Assembly (NCBI RefSeq): GCF_006345805.1
Contig: NC_043001.1
Location: 21,204,001 to 21,268,000 of the forward strand
Source of the DNA: Octopus sinensis
Lineage: Eukaryota
Direction of reading: 5' to 3'
Length of the DNA: 64,000 nt
Below the pieces are notes generated by a model, which was not told the DNA's origin, searched no databases, and saw nothing but the letters and a program-made list of their open reading frames with translations. The translations under genes were made by a program, and so were the position numbers. Below, piece by piece: positions 1-12,587 of this stretch. Each line of letters starts with the position of its first letter. Within the stretch, counting starts at the first letter, position 1.

Positions 1-148
1 TTTTTTAAAATGCCTTACACTGTTTTTTTTTTGTTGTATTTTTACAGTTTGTGGAGGCATGTGGATTAGTGGTTAGGGTTAGAAATGCAGGCATCTACTT
101 TGAAAAATGGAATAATGAAGTAATAGTAATATTTTATAGAATATTAAA

Positions 149-314
149 AGGCGCAGGAGTGGCTGTGTGGTAAGTAGCTTGCTAACCAACCACATGGTTC
201 TGGGTTCAGTCCCACTGCATGGCATCTTGGGCAAGTGTCTTCTGTTATAGCCCTGGGCCGACCAATGCCTTGTGAGTGGATTTGGTAGACGGAAACTGAA
301 AGAAGCCTGTCGTA

Positions 315-345
<31 letters not shown>

Positions 346-551
346 GTATTTGTGTGTGTTTGTCCCCCTAGCATTACTTGACAACCGATGCTGGTGTGTT
401 TACGTCCCCGTCACTTAGCGGTTCGGCAAAAGAGACCGATAGAATAAGTACTGGGCTTACAAAGAATAAGTCCCGGGGTCGATTTGCTCGACTAAAGGCG
501 GTGCTCCAGCATGGCCGCAGTCAAATGACTGAAACAAGTAAAAGAGAGTAA
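149..551 (+). mobile_element. tRNA-derived SINE family A, full length
   Basis: A/B-box head (TGGCTGTGTGG...GGTTCAGTCCC), central (TA/TG)n, tail GGCGGTGCTCCAGCATGGCC...AAACAAGTAAAAGAG. More than 15 copies in the window. Confidence 0.85.
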
Positions 552-669
552 ATACACACATACACAAAGATTTGAGCATAGTGAAAATGCAATTAACACT
601 GGAACAGTTTTGCATAATGATTAGAAATGAACAAAAAAGAAAAAAAAAAACTAGAACATTGTCACTTAC

Positions 670-793
670 ATTTGCTGTAAGCACTTATATACATTTGGTA
701 GTATGTTACATCACAAAAAGTTTTTGTTACAACAGACTGACTTGTTGAGTCCTTTTTTCTGACATATCTCCTCCATTCATCAAAGCAAGTCAT
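670..793 (-). CDS. Candidate coding exon of an unidentified gene running off the left edge
   Basis: ctattcag|ATG, then 41 open codons MTCFDEWRRYVRKKDSTSQSVVTKTFCDVTYYQMYISAYSK, then a strong donor AAT|gtaagt. No family recognised. Confidence 0.35.
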
Positions 794-1745
794 CTGAATA
801 GACAGCAGTATAAAAGACTAATCTAGAAAAAGACACCAGGTAAATAGTGACAACACCTAATAAGAAAAAGTTGAGAGCAGTAATTAAAAACAACAATAAT
901 TTTTCCTATTTGCAAAAGTTAACATTTGTGTATAACAAAAGCATTTATAATCAATGAAAAAGCGATAAACGTCGCCCTTTTCAAGCCTAGCCAGGCTCAA
1001 GGGCCCGGTTTCCTGGTTTCTGTGGCGTATGTGTTACTCCCAGCTGGACGGGACGCCAGTCCATTGCAGCGTTACTCAAGAAACAGGAAGAGAGAGTGAG
1101 AGAAAATTGTAGTGAAAGAGTACAACAGGGGTCTCCACCACCTCCTGCCAGAGCCTCGTGGAGCTTTAGGTGTTTGCGCTCAATAAACACACACAACTCC
1201 CGGTCTGGAAATCAAAACCGCAATCCTCCGACCGCAAGTCCGCTGCCCTAACCACTGGGCCAATGCATTCAAAGGGGCCTTTCAAAAGAATTTTAGCATA
1301 TATTTATAGCTCATGTTTGATAAAAAGGCATGAGATAGTTGAAAACAGACTGGGTGGTTTTTGCTCTGGGGATGTTGGTATATATGGTGACAATATTCAG
1401 ATGAGAAGCATGATTTTCAGTCAGCTCAAAGGTAATAGCTGTATTGCTAATTAAAATCTCTCTGATCTGTGCAGCTCAAAGGTGTGCTGACTGACCTAGA
1501 GGTTTAGAATGCACGACTAAACAAAAATACACCAGTTCCTTGTTTGTTGAATGAAGAAAATGGTCACCATATCACCAAATAAAAATTGTGGCAACAAATT
1601 TTGATGCAGAAGCAAATGTTAGATGCCTTAAAATAACATGTAACTGCCCGAGTTAACTGAATTCATAGTAATAGTGATATAGTGTGTGTGTGCCTGCATG
1701 TATCATCATCATCGTTTAGCGTCCGTTTTCCATGCTATATATATA

Positions 1746-2381
1746 TACTCTTTTACTTGTTTCAGTCATTTGACTGCGGCCATGCTGGAGCACCGCCTTT
1801 TAGTCGAGCACATCGACCCCAGGACTTATTCTTTGTAAGCCCAGTACTTATTCTATCAGACTCTTTTGCCGAACCGCTAAGTGACGGGGACATAAACACA
1901 CCAGCATCGGTTGTCAAGCAATGCTAGGGGGATAAACACAGACACACAAACACACACATATATATATATTTAAGGCGGCGAGCTGGCAGAAACGTTAGCA
2001 CGCCGGGCGAAATGCGTAGCCGTATTTCGTCTGCCGTTACGTTCTGTGTTCAAATGCCGCCAAGGTCGACTTTGCTTTTCATCCTTTCAGGGTCGATTAA
2101 ATAAGTACCAGTTACGCACTGGGGTCGATGTAATCGACTTCATCTCTTTGTCTGTCCTTGTTTGTCCCCTCTATGTTTAGCCTCTTGCGGGTAGTAAAGA
2201 AATATATATATACATATATACGACAGGCTTCTTTCAGTTTCCGTCTACCAAATCCACTCACAAGGCATTGGTTGGCCCGGGGCTATAGCAGAATTTACTT
2301 GCCCAAGATGCCACGCAGTGGGACTGAACCCAGAACCATGTGGTTGGTTAGCAAGCTACTTACCACACAGCCACTCCTGTG

Positions 2382-2383
<2 letters not shown>
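1746..2383 (-). mobile_element. SINE family A interrupted by a family C SINE (1971-2201, +)
   Basis: Both A halves flank a C copy inserted in the central (TA)n. Confidence 0.85.
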
Positions 2384-2452
<69 letters not shown>

Positions 2453-3165
2453 TTTTCTTTGTTTCAGTCATTTGACTGTGGTCACCTTGGAGTACCACAT
2501 ACATATCCATGTATGTGAGGACTACTCTTTTGAAGCTCACTATGTGTGAAAATTTTGTATAAAAAATGACACCTCCACTTCCTTCCCCAAGCAGAAAACC
2601 TTAGATCTTGTTTGGCTGGTATTGTTTACAATGGCACTGCATTGTCTACCTACCTGTAAACCACACAGTTCAAGGTAACCTGATCAGTTTAGTGCCCTAG
2701 TTCTTGTTTTGGCCTGCATGGGTTTAGACATTCAGCTGACCTCCTTCCCCATATCCTGTGTGCTGAGTCCTACCCTATGCTGTTATAGTTGACTACCCAC
2801 TCTATCTCATCTCCACCACACCCTTAGGTCATCAACCATTTCTTAAGGTGTGTCTCATTATATTTTGGCTCAGCCTGATGATACAATCAGTATGATCAAA
2901 TGTGCTTTGTAAATTGTATTTGCCATTTATCAATCATAAGAACGTGCTACAAAAGAAATATAATTTTCATATTTTTCTTCTTTTTCTCTCATACAGATGT
3001 ACTCTTCACTACACAATGTATTGGCTTTGTAATAGTTGCTTGAACTCTACCAGGTCATGTAATAAAAGGAGTCTAATGTAGATTCTATCAAGAGCGACAA
3101 CAACCTATACAATAATTTTTGTTGTGCAGCTAGCACATACATTTCTACTATATATATATAAATAT

Positions 3166-3433
3166 ATATACTGTTGTGTCTGGGGAGAGTCATTTTCTTT
3201 TTGTGCCTTATAATTTAACACACTCACTGATAAAATTTCCACTTGTTTTTGTATTTTTATTTTCCTAAAATTTTCGTTGCGTCTTGCAACCTTTTCAACT
3301 ATTGAGAAGGTTGCAAGATGCAATGAAAATTTTAGGAAAATAAAAATACAAAACAAGTGGAAATTTTACCAGTGAGTGTGTTAAATTATAAGGCACAAAA
3401 AGAAAATGACTCTCCCCAGACACAACAGTATAT
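3166..3433. repeat. Foldback element, ~130 bp arms
   Basis: ATACTGTTGTGTCTGGGGAGAGTC...GACTCTCCCCAGACACAACAGTAT. Half copy at 31183-31315; internally deleted copy at 56325-56441. Confidence 0.9.
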
Positions 3434-4539
3434 GTATGCTTCAACACACGAACTCATATAAAGAATCTTGCAAACTAAATCCCAAAACGAAATCATCATC
3501 ATCATCGTTTAACGTCTGTTTTCCGTGCTAGCATGAGTTGGACGGTTCAACCGGGGTCTGGGAAGCCAGGAGGTTGCCAAATATATATTATATATATATA
3601 TACACACACGTGTGTGTGTGTGTGTGGTGTGGCAAGTAGTAGAATAAACAAAGTACTCAGTATGATGTAATAATTTTCCACTGTTCAATGTTGGACTTGT
3701 TTTTTTCCATTTATGTAGGGTTTTATATGTTCAATGATTAACAAGTTGACATCAGAATGACGACAAAACTGCCAGCCTCAGTTGTTAGTTGTCGGAGAAC
3801 TGCATCCCTCAAATTGTTTTTCAATTTCTATACACATTTGGAGAAAGCTGTGGTGTTTCTCTTTTCAGTTCTCTTGCATGGGACCACCTTTGAAGAGCCA
3901 ATAGCATGATAAAATGCACCCAATCCACACTGAGAAGTGATATGTGTTAAGAGGCATCAAACTGTACAGACCCCGTAGTAAAGGAAGAAACAAACATAGA
4001 GTCAGAGGCTCTCTGAATTCTTTCTTGCTGGGGTCAGCATCTCTAGTGTCAATGGCACAATAAAATGCACCCATTCATCATCATTTAGCGTCTGCTTTCC
4101 ATGCTAGCATGGGTTGGACGGTTCAACTGGGATCTGGGAAGCCAGAAGGCTGCACCAGGCCCAGTCTGATCTGGCAAGGTTTCTACGGCTGGATGCCCTT
4201 CCTAACGCCAACCACTCCGTGAGTGTAGTGGGTGCTTTTTACGTGCCACCGGCACGGAGGCCAGGCGAGGCTGGCAACGGCCAAGATCGGATGGTGCTTT
4301 TTACGTGCCACCAGCATGGAGGTCAGTAGGGGTGGTGCTGGCAACAGTCACGTTTGGATGGTCCTCTTACGTGCCACCGGCACTGGTCTGATGTAAAGTG
4401 GTTTGTATCAGGAAGAGAAAAATGGTCAGACTGCATGGTTGTAACAGAGCAAAAAGAACTGAGTCTGCATTTGCTAAAGCATCCATTGTATTTCTCCTAG
4501 TATACTAGGGTCGATTTAACATAGACCAAATTAACAAAG

Positions 4540-4790
4540 GTGGAGGCACATGGCTTAGTGGTTAGGGTGTCAGCACCATGATTGTAAGATTGTGATTTCG
4601 ATTCCTGGACCGGGCGATGCGTTGTGTTCTTGAGCAAAACACTTCATTTCATATTGCTCCAGTCCACTCAGCTGGCAAAAATGAGTAACGCTGCAATGGA
4701 CAGGCGTCCCGTACAGCTGGGGAACACATGCACCATAGAAACTGGGGTACTGGGCCCATGAGCCTGGCTAGCCTTTAAAAGGGCACATTT
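4540..4790 (+). mobile_element. tRNA-derived SINE family D
   Basis: GGAGGCACATGGCTTAGTGGTTAGG...TTTCGATTCC head, then TTGTGTTCTTGAGCAA core. Relatives at 970-1270, 16770-16980, 35015-35265, 38030-38370 and 45560-45890. Confidence 0.75.
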
Positions 4791-5055
4791 ATTTTTAAAT
4801 TAACAAAGAGCACAATGTTGCAATGCTTTCTGGGAAGTAATTTTATTCAATATGTATGAAGAGAATAAGTAGGAATCTAATATTATTACTCAGTGTAATG
4901 AAAGAACATAGAAAAATGCAGCAAGATTTCTGACAGCGACAAAGAACCAGAGCTTAAAATGTAGTACAGAGGAGTTGGTTGTCAGAATACTGAAGAATAG
5001 TTAAAATAGAGTACCCATGAAATAAGGTCCCTGAATGGCTAAGGCAGTTTAGATA

Positions 5056-5417
5056 TCTCTATATATATAAACGGCAAAATGTCTGTGTGCATGTCCTTTA
5101 TACAAATCCACAATTTTTCAATTAGAGGGCTCGCACTTTCTATGGTCATTCAAAACCATCCAAGGGTGGTTGTGCACATCTTTACATTTCCCCAGTCACC
5201 CAGAAGGCATTAAAAAATCAATAGAAGTGACTTTTTTGTGAATTTTCTGTCTAAAACTCAATCAAAATGCCCGAAACTTGATACACCAATTGAATGCCAG
5301 CTAGCTGTATGTGACTGGTCGGAGATTTGGACAGTACTCACGTGTATGTATGCACGCACGGAGCTGTATATGCATGCACTAGCACTATGACCCAGCGTTG
5401 CCAGGTCATAGTGCAAG
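5056..5417 (+). mobile_element. Non-autonomous Helitron
   Basis: 5' A|TCTCTATATATATAAA; 3' hairpin GCACTATGACC...GGTCATAGTGC ending CAAG|T (degenerate CTAG). Confidence 0.65.
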
Positions 5418-5470
5418 TGTTATAATAATTCTGTTTGTCATTGTGTCACTTAGCCTGTCAGTAATGCTTT

Positions 5471-5853
5471 ATAATGATGAAATTATTGTATACAGTGCTC
5501 AGGTGCACCTCAACTTGTCAGAAAGTGCATATAAAGTACATGCAGTAATGTACAAATGTCTGGAAAGTGAACAGTGTATGAGTCAGATACATGCTTGTGT
5601 GTGTATGGAGGGGAGAAAATCAAGTGTAGTGTTGGCGAATCTCAGGAAGCATGGAAGTTTTGAAGGATGCAGTGCTCCGACAACTAACAACTGATGCCGC
5701 CACTTTGTTCCATGCTTCAGCAACTCTCAGCGTGAAAAAATGTTTCCTGAAGTCATGGGAGCTGTGCTGTTTTCTTACTTTGTAAATATGTCCACGGGTG
5801 TTAGATGGATGGAGTTTGAAAAGGTGCTCAGAGTTATTGTTTGTACATGATTA
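5471..5853 (-). mobile_element. CR1-type LINE 3' end
   Basis: ORF end related to FFMLRVAEAWNKLP, then 3' UTR and (ATT)n tail; overlaps the end of the 15205 fragment in sequence. Confidence 0.8.
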
Positions 5854-6554
5854 GAGAAAAAGAGGGAGAAAGAAAAGAGGGAGAGAGAAGCGTCCATGAC
5901 ATGAGGTAAAGGGAATGTAATTGTAATGCTTTCACGGCATTAGTTGAAGGGAAAGAAAAGAGAGAGAGAAAAAGAGAATAAGGCAAAGAGTGAAACGGGT
6001 TTCAGGTTTTTAGATAAAGTTTTCTGACAATTCAACAGCTCACATACCAACATATCATCAATATTTCAGTGTCTTTTTCCCCTAGGAAAGGTTAACAGAT
6101 AACCTATTGGGTTATCTGTGGTTATCTATTAATTCTGTGAAATATTCACGGGTCCCACAAGTAGTTGGTAATTGTTAGTCTGGTGATCTAATTAGTCCTG
6201 GGAATGGCTTTAATGAAACGACAATTGCTAGAATAAAGAAAGGGTGAAAATAGTTTTAAGAGATTTTACTTCTGCTGACAATAAAAAAATTCCTCTGTTG
6301 ATGTACAAAGCAGATTTTATGAAGCATGGATGAAAAGTGCAATGCAAAATGTTAGTGAGATATAAGCATCAAACACGGATAATCTGTGAAGTCTGAAGAG
6401 AAATGAGAGAAATGTAATTAGGTGCATTCATAATGTTAACCTGATGAGTGCAGGAGCAGACTCAAGGGGGCCTGAGGGGCACATGCCCCCTCAAGAAAAG
6501 TGCACCCTTCTAAATAATGTAACATTAGAGGCACCAATTGACATATGCATTAGT

Positions 6555-6928
6555 AGTTGTGATCCCTGTGCCGGTGGCACATAAAAAGCACCATCCGAAC
6601 GTGACTGATGCCAGCACCGCCTTGACTGGCTTCTGTGCCGGTGGCACATAAAAAGCACCATCTGAACGTGGCTGATGGCAGCGCCACCTTGACTGGCTTC
6701 CGTGCCGGTGGCACGTAAAAAGCATCAATCCAGTCGTGGCCGTTGCTAGCCTCGCCTGGCACATAAAAAGCACCCACTACACTCACAGAGTGGTTGGCGT
6801 TAGGAAGGGCATCCAGCTGTAGAAACACTGCCAGATCAGACTGGGGCCTGGTGCAACCTTCTGGCTTCCTAGATCCTGGTCGAACTGTCCAACCCATGCT
6901 AGCATGGAAAACGGATGTTAAACGATGA
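6555..6928 (+). mobile_element. Family B element (RTE-linked 3' fragment or SINE) with ~60 bp internal tandem units
   Basis: Repeated GTGCCGGTGGCAC(A/G)TAAAAAGCACC units, then a conserved tail ending (GAT)n. Copies at 4076, 29027, 30078, 34030, 42575, 44790 and 55548. Confidence 0.8.
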
Positions 6929-7354
6929 TAGAGATTTGATTTAAATAAACCTAAATGCTCAGTGAAATATTGGTATGTGCTATGGAGGGTAACCATAGAA
7001 AAGAAAGGCTGAAGACATGAGCTATTTGATGTTAGGCTGCTAACCTTGGGCATGAACTGATGAAAAATACAGATAAGTAGTATTTCATGTCCAATCAACC
7101 TGTCTAACCTTTTTTAGGGGAAAAAGACACTGAGATATTGATGATGATGTTGATATGTGAGCTGTTGAATTGTCAGATAACAATCATAGAGTGGTTGTAT
7201 ACTGTCAACATAACGTGACAGTCCTGTAAACGGAATTACACCACCGCTTTTTAGCCCTAGGAAGCATCGACGATTCCTGTCGGCTTTGACACATTTCCTG
7301 CGTCCTTATATTTGCGAAGGGGAGGCAAGCACCCCCACCAGCTAGGACTAGCAA

Positions 7355-7400
7355 CCTGAAAACATGCATGTTTCTGGGTCTTGCCCGTCATCAGTCCAGG
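7355..7400 (-). ncRNA. Minimal type I hammerhead ribozyme motif
   Basis: Minus strand: CCUGGA CUGAUGA cGGG-CAAGA-CCCa GAAA CAUGCAUG UU UUCAGG. Intact core boxes, 6-bp stem I (one G-U), palindromic stem III, triplet GUU. Confidence 0.75.
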
Positions 7401-8439
7401 GTAGTAAGTCCTGCTAGTTGAGATTACCTGCCAAACCTTCGCAAATATATATATTTACAATGAAATCTATTCACTGGTCACCGTAATTAGAAATATTGAA
7501 TTTCTAAATGTCTCAAATAAACATATATGTGCATAATAAATATATATGCACATAATTTGATAAAGTAATCAAACAAGTTTGTGTAAGTTCTGAAGTTATT
7601 TGAAAGAAGAAGAGAAAAAGGAATAGGTTTATGAGATGCTTTTACCTTAGAGTAAGACAACTGCTTTTAGTATTGAGTTCCATATCTGCGTTCAAACCCT
7701 ACTGGATTCAACTTTGTCTCTCATGCTTCTGAAGTCTGATAAAATACGTCTCAATCAGGAACTGAGCTGAAACAATCAACACTCCTCCTCTTAAAATGCT
7801 TGTTCTGTGAGAAACCAACATCTAAAGGCAAAAAAACCCCAAAAAGCCACAATTTATTTCACTTAGATACTAATGTCGAGGAAAATCAAGAAAGTCAGAA
7901 TGTGATTATTTCTCCTCCCTTGAAATATCGAACCAGCAGAAACGAATGTTTAATTTTAAATTTTAATATTTAGTGGGAAAACTTGTACAGGAAGCACAAT
8001 ACTAACAAGTACTCAGTGTCAAATTGTGTATAAACAATACAGTACTTGTTAGTACTTACCAAAAGCACAAAAATAAACAAAGCTGAAATATTACATCAGC
8101 TCGATCAAGAGAGTGTCTTTATATTTGACCCAGCATGATCGTTCATAACACGTGCTACAACAATTTGTGTTATGTATGGTATGATGATAGTGAAATAGTT
8201 GTCAAAGGAAATGGATAATGGAATCAAGGCTTGACTAATTAGTGGCTGTTATGTAAATGAGCTAGGGTTTTATTAGTCGCGACATTATAAAAACTACAAA
8301 CGAATTTATGAAGAGCAATAGAAAAAAAAGATTATTATATTATATATTTTTAAGAATTACAGCAAAAGATGTAAATATAAAATAATTGTTCTTCATTATC
8401 AGTTGTTTTGTTGCAGATTAATGGTAAAACCGTTCGTTC

Positions 8440-9010
8440 TAGAGATGGCAATCCTATATTTTCTGACAAGTATCCGAGTTCATATTATACGATGTGTCTT
8501 TTTAAAGATGTTATGGTAGTTTGATGAAAATTTAACTGCTATTTGTAGCCGGTTGAACAACCATGTAGAAGCGGGCACGTTTTGTTGTTTAGCCCCAAGT
8601 CAGCAGCTCTCATCAACCAGGACCTCCACAGCTATGATCAAAAAGCATTCTGGACATGACCTATTGTTATTTTAGTATATCTTAGGATCATAGTATTCTG
8701 TGTCATGTTTTTAAACAAGAGGTTACGTCTTGAGGGAAATTTGTTTGCTATTTCTAGCAGGTAGAACGATCACGTACCTATTTCCTCGTTAGCTTGTTTT
8801 GTTGTTTAGTCCCACTTCAGTCTTGATATAGCAGACCTATAACCAAAGGCATTCCAGTCGTGACCACCACATCACATTTTCCATCACGAAGTGGACTACA
8901 TTACCAAGTATACTTCCTTTTGAAAACGATAGGGTGTGGTTTGAAGCAGATTAGGCTGCTATTTCTAGCGATCGAACAACCACTTAGGCTCACTCGTTGG
9001 TTTGTGTTGA
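8440..9010. repeat. Degenerate tandem array (~220 bp unit) of a dispersed repeat
   Basis: GCTATTT(C/G)TAGC..G..GAAC near 8538, 8747 and 8958; TTGTTGTTTAG and CTAT..(T/C)CAAA..GCATTC recur. Confidence 0.6.
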
Positions 9011-9315
9011 TTGTGCAACAAAAACAGTAATTACTGAAGATATTCAAGTTAGAAATTTATTTTTTACTCTATCAAAAAAACGACACTACGATTTTGCATT
9101 TATGCTTAAAAATTTAACTTATAGCAACCTTAAACAATCAATTAAATTTCTCTAAAACAACCACTTAAATATATATATATATATATATGTATGTGTCTAT
9201 ATATATATGTATGTGTATATATATATGTATATATATAGTTGGGTGATGGACAATGTTACGGAAATAATTGGCTAATTAATGAAAAATATAAGCTTAAAAG
9301 TTTAAAGTAATTTAC

Positions 9316-9480
9316 CTGCGATGTCCGAAACTAAGAAGACTCTAGATTGTAGGAATGTTATGATGGAAAGTAAATAACACGGAAACGATGAGGGAAGAAA
9401 TTAGTTTTAGCAAGTGGGTTCCAAGCAACCGGAAACTGAGCATTGAGGTGTCGCTGTTGTCAACAAACGGTATCAGCTGA
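9316..9480 (-). other. Candidate first (5' UTR) exon of a minus-strand gene
   Basis: Non-repetitive, relatively CpG-rich segment ending in donor GCAG|gtaaat at 9315. CAGCTG E-box near 9474. Contains a 33-codon upstream ORF that stops inside the exon. Confidence 0.4.
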
Positions 9481-9801
9481 AAATATGACTCGAATTAAAC
9501 GTTTTTTTAAATAAAAAAATGCTTCACAATGAAACAATAAATCGTTTGCAAACAGTAAATTTTAATACGATCGTTGCAAGTATTTGCCAGTATTTGGTTT
9601 TTTTCGGGGGGAATTTAAACTTGAAACTCAAAACGGGCAGATTTTCTAAATATAGAATATTTTCGCGTCATTGAAAAAATCTTAATTGCCAAGTTTACGA
9701 TTTCGTACAAGAGTTTCCCCCCATGAATTGCTCAAGTGAAATAATAAACCAGAACGGATTTTCCTTATTTTGCGGGGGTTTTAGCTGTTGGACATGTAAT
9801 T

Positions 9802-9927
<126 letters not shown>

Positions 9928-9957
9928 ATACTTTATTTTAAGCAGCAGAAAATTCAA

Positions 9958-10006
9958 CAAAATCTGTTACTCTGAGTTTCTCGTTGCCGTTCATCAGACA
10001 GTTTTT
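9958..10006 (-). ncRNA. Minimal type I hammerhead ribozyme motif
   Basis: Minus strand: AAAACUGU CUGAUGA aCG-GCAA-CGa GAAA CUCAGAG UA ACAGAUUUU. Intact core, GNRA-capped stem II, triplet GUA. Confidence 0.7.
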
Positions 10007-11019
10007 GCTAGAATGGAACCGATATATCAATTCAATCTAGACTCTTACAAACGCTACACCTTTTTAAAAAAATGGACTTGTTTGATTGGCCCTTTAGAAA
10101 AGAAATGCCAGGATAGAAATCATATAAAATTTAAGATGAGATATAAAAAACAGTTAAGTTTCTTTAAAAAAGTGATTTCTTTAAAAATTTTCTTATAAAT
10201 GTGCTTGCAATGAAAAGTGTTGCGATTTATTTTCTTAACATAAAAAAAGTATGAAATTGAATAAATTATTATTTAAAAAAAGAGAGAGATTCTACTGTTT
10301 CACTTCTATAATTTTAATGTTTAGTATTAAATTAAAACAATATGATTTTTCAATACATTAAAATCTTTGTAGTGGACGCATTAATTATGAACAAAGTTGT
10401 GTTGGTCCTCACCTGGTCCTGTTTTTATAAGATATAAAATAAGTTTACTACATCAAAAACTATTGAAATGTTTTTATTTCCACCGTAAATCTAGCATTAA
10501 TTACATTTTTAATTTTGAAGAGATTGAGCATGAAAAAAAAACGTCAAACGTTAGTATAAAAAATATCGTTTTAATGTGAGTGGATTTGGTAGACAGAAAC
10601 TGAAAGAAGCCCGTCGTATATATATGTGTGTGTGTTTGTGTTTGTTTTCTCACCATCACTTGACAACCGATGTTGGTGTGTTTATGTCCCTGTTCCTTAG
10701 CGGTTCAGCAAAAGAGACTGATAGAATAAGTACTAGGTTTACAAAAATAAGTCCTGGGGTCAAGAAACATTTTTTTTTAGTTACTCTCCGAATAACAATA
10801 ACTGCATATCACGTGAGAATATAATTAAAGTGGAATTAACTGGCAGAAATTTGAAAGAAAAAAATATTTTATTTTATTTTATTGGAATTCTTTCGTTGAA
10901 AATTAACCAAGGTTCGAAAAATTCCTCTCAGAAATATCAGGAATTAAAATTTTACGAAACTGGATCGATCTAAAAATTTGGGTCGTTATGCAAAGCAATT
11001 AAATAAATTGACCGAATAA

Positions 11020-11402
11020 GTGCGACCTTGTTTACGTTGCGTTGCGCGAATGCACCAAGCAACTGCATGTCTTGTGTTTACAAGGAGTTGTCACATAAAC
11101 AAGCGGAATGCACCTACCATAATTCCAAATACGTAAACTGTTGCAAAAACTTAGAATTCTGATCTGTTACCACCAAATACTATCAAGTTTGAATTTAATG
11201 ACGTTTTCAAATCGTGTTTGGCTGCTAAGAAAAAAAAAAAATATATATATATAAAAGAAAAACGTCACTCGCTAAAAGAATTCAGTAATTAACGAGACAA
11301 AAACTAGTAAAATTCTGCCAAGTTGATATTCGAAGAATTGCGGCAGCTGTCACGTGACCCGTTTGTTTACCTAGCGATATTGAATATAAACAAATACACG
11401 TG
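11020..11402 (+). promoter_or_regulatory. Probable promoter with CLEAR-like E-box and forkhead sites
   Basis: GTCACGTGAC at 11349-11358; CACGTG at 11397-11402; TGTTTAC at 11029, 11075 and 11364; locally CpG-rich and repeat-free. Confidence 0.5.
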
Positions 11403-11608
11403 GTTTGTGACACGATGAAGACGATTTGACATTAGTCTTATGTTACTAAGGGACCTTATCGTATGTGACGATCGAAGACTGAAAATCAATACCTTATTCT
11501 TGAACATTTACAAATGAATAGAATAGGAGTATCTACGCGATCCATCGACCTGCTAGAATTAGCAAATAAATCTCGGTGCAAAAACAAAAATTCGCGAGCT
11601 CTGATAAG
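11400..11608 (+). other. Candidate first exon of a plus-strand transcript (lncRNA or small ORF)
   Basis: Strong donor AAG|gtgagt at 11609. ATG at 11514 is open to the donor (MNRIGVSTRSIDLLELANKSRCKNKNSRALI). No convincing downstream exon found. Confidence 0.4.
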
Positions 11609-11656
11609 GTGAGTGTACATATACATGACATTTAGCATATGTCTGGATACAAATTA

Positions 11657-11700
<44 letters not shown>

Positions 11701-12133
11701 CAACAATAATGAGGATAATAATAACAATAATCATAATAATAATAATAATCCTTTTTATTATAGGCACAAGGCCTGAAATTTGGGGGAGGGGATAGTCGAT
11801 TACATTGACTCCGGTGTTTCACTGGTACTTAATTTATCGATCCCAAAAGGATGAAAGGCAAAGTCGACCTCGGCGGAATTCGAACTCAGAATTAAAAAAA
11901 CAGATGAAATGCCGCTAAGCATTTCGCCCGGCGTGCTAACGGTTCTTATTTCTTTACTACCCACAAGGGGATACACACAGAGGGGATAACCAAGGACAGA
12001 CAAACGCAACTGGTACTTATTTAATCGACCCCGAAAGGATGAAAGGCAAAGTTGACCTCAGAACGTAGCGACAGACGAAATACTGTTAAGCATTTTGTCT
12101 GGCGTGCTAACGATTCTGCCAGCTCACAGCCGC

Positions 12134-12584
<451 letters not shown>

Positions 12585-12587
<3 letters not shown>

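Noticed and set aside
6441-6480. CTGATGA motifs here and near 2876, 24913 and 50237 as further hammerheads
   Set aside because: No stem II followed by GAAA and no stem I partner.
8060-8082. 23 nt minus-strand micro-exon
   Set aside because: Good donor but weak context; could be chance in AT-rich DNA.
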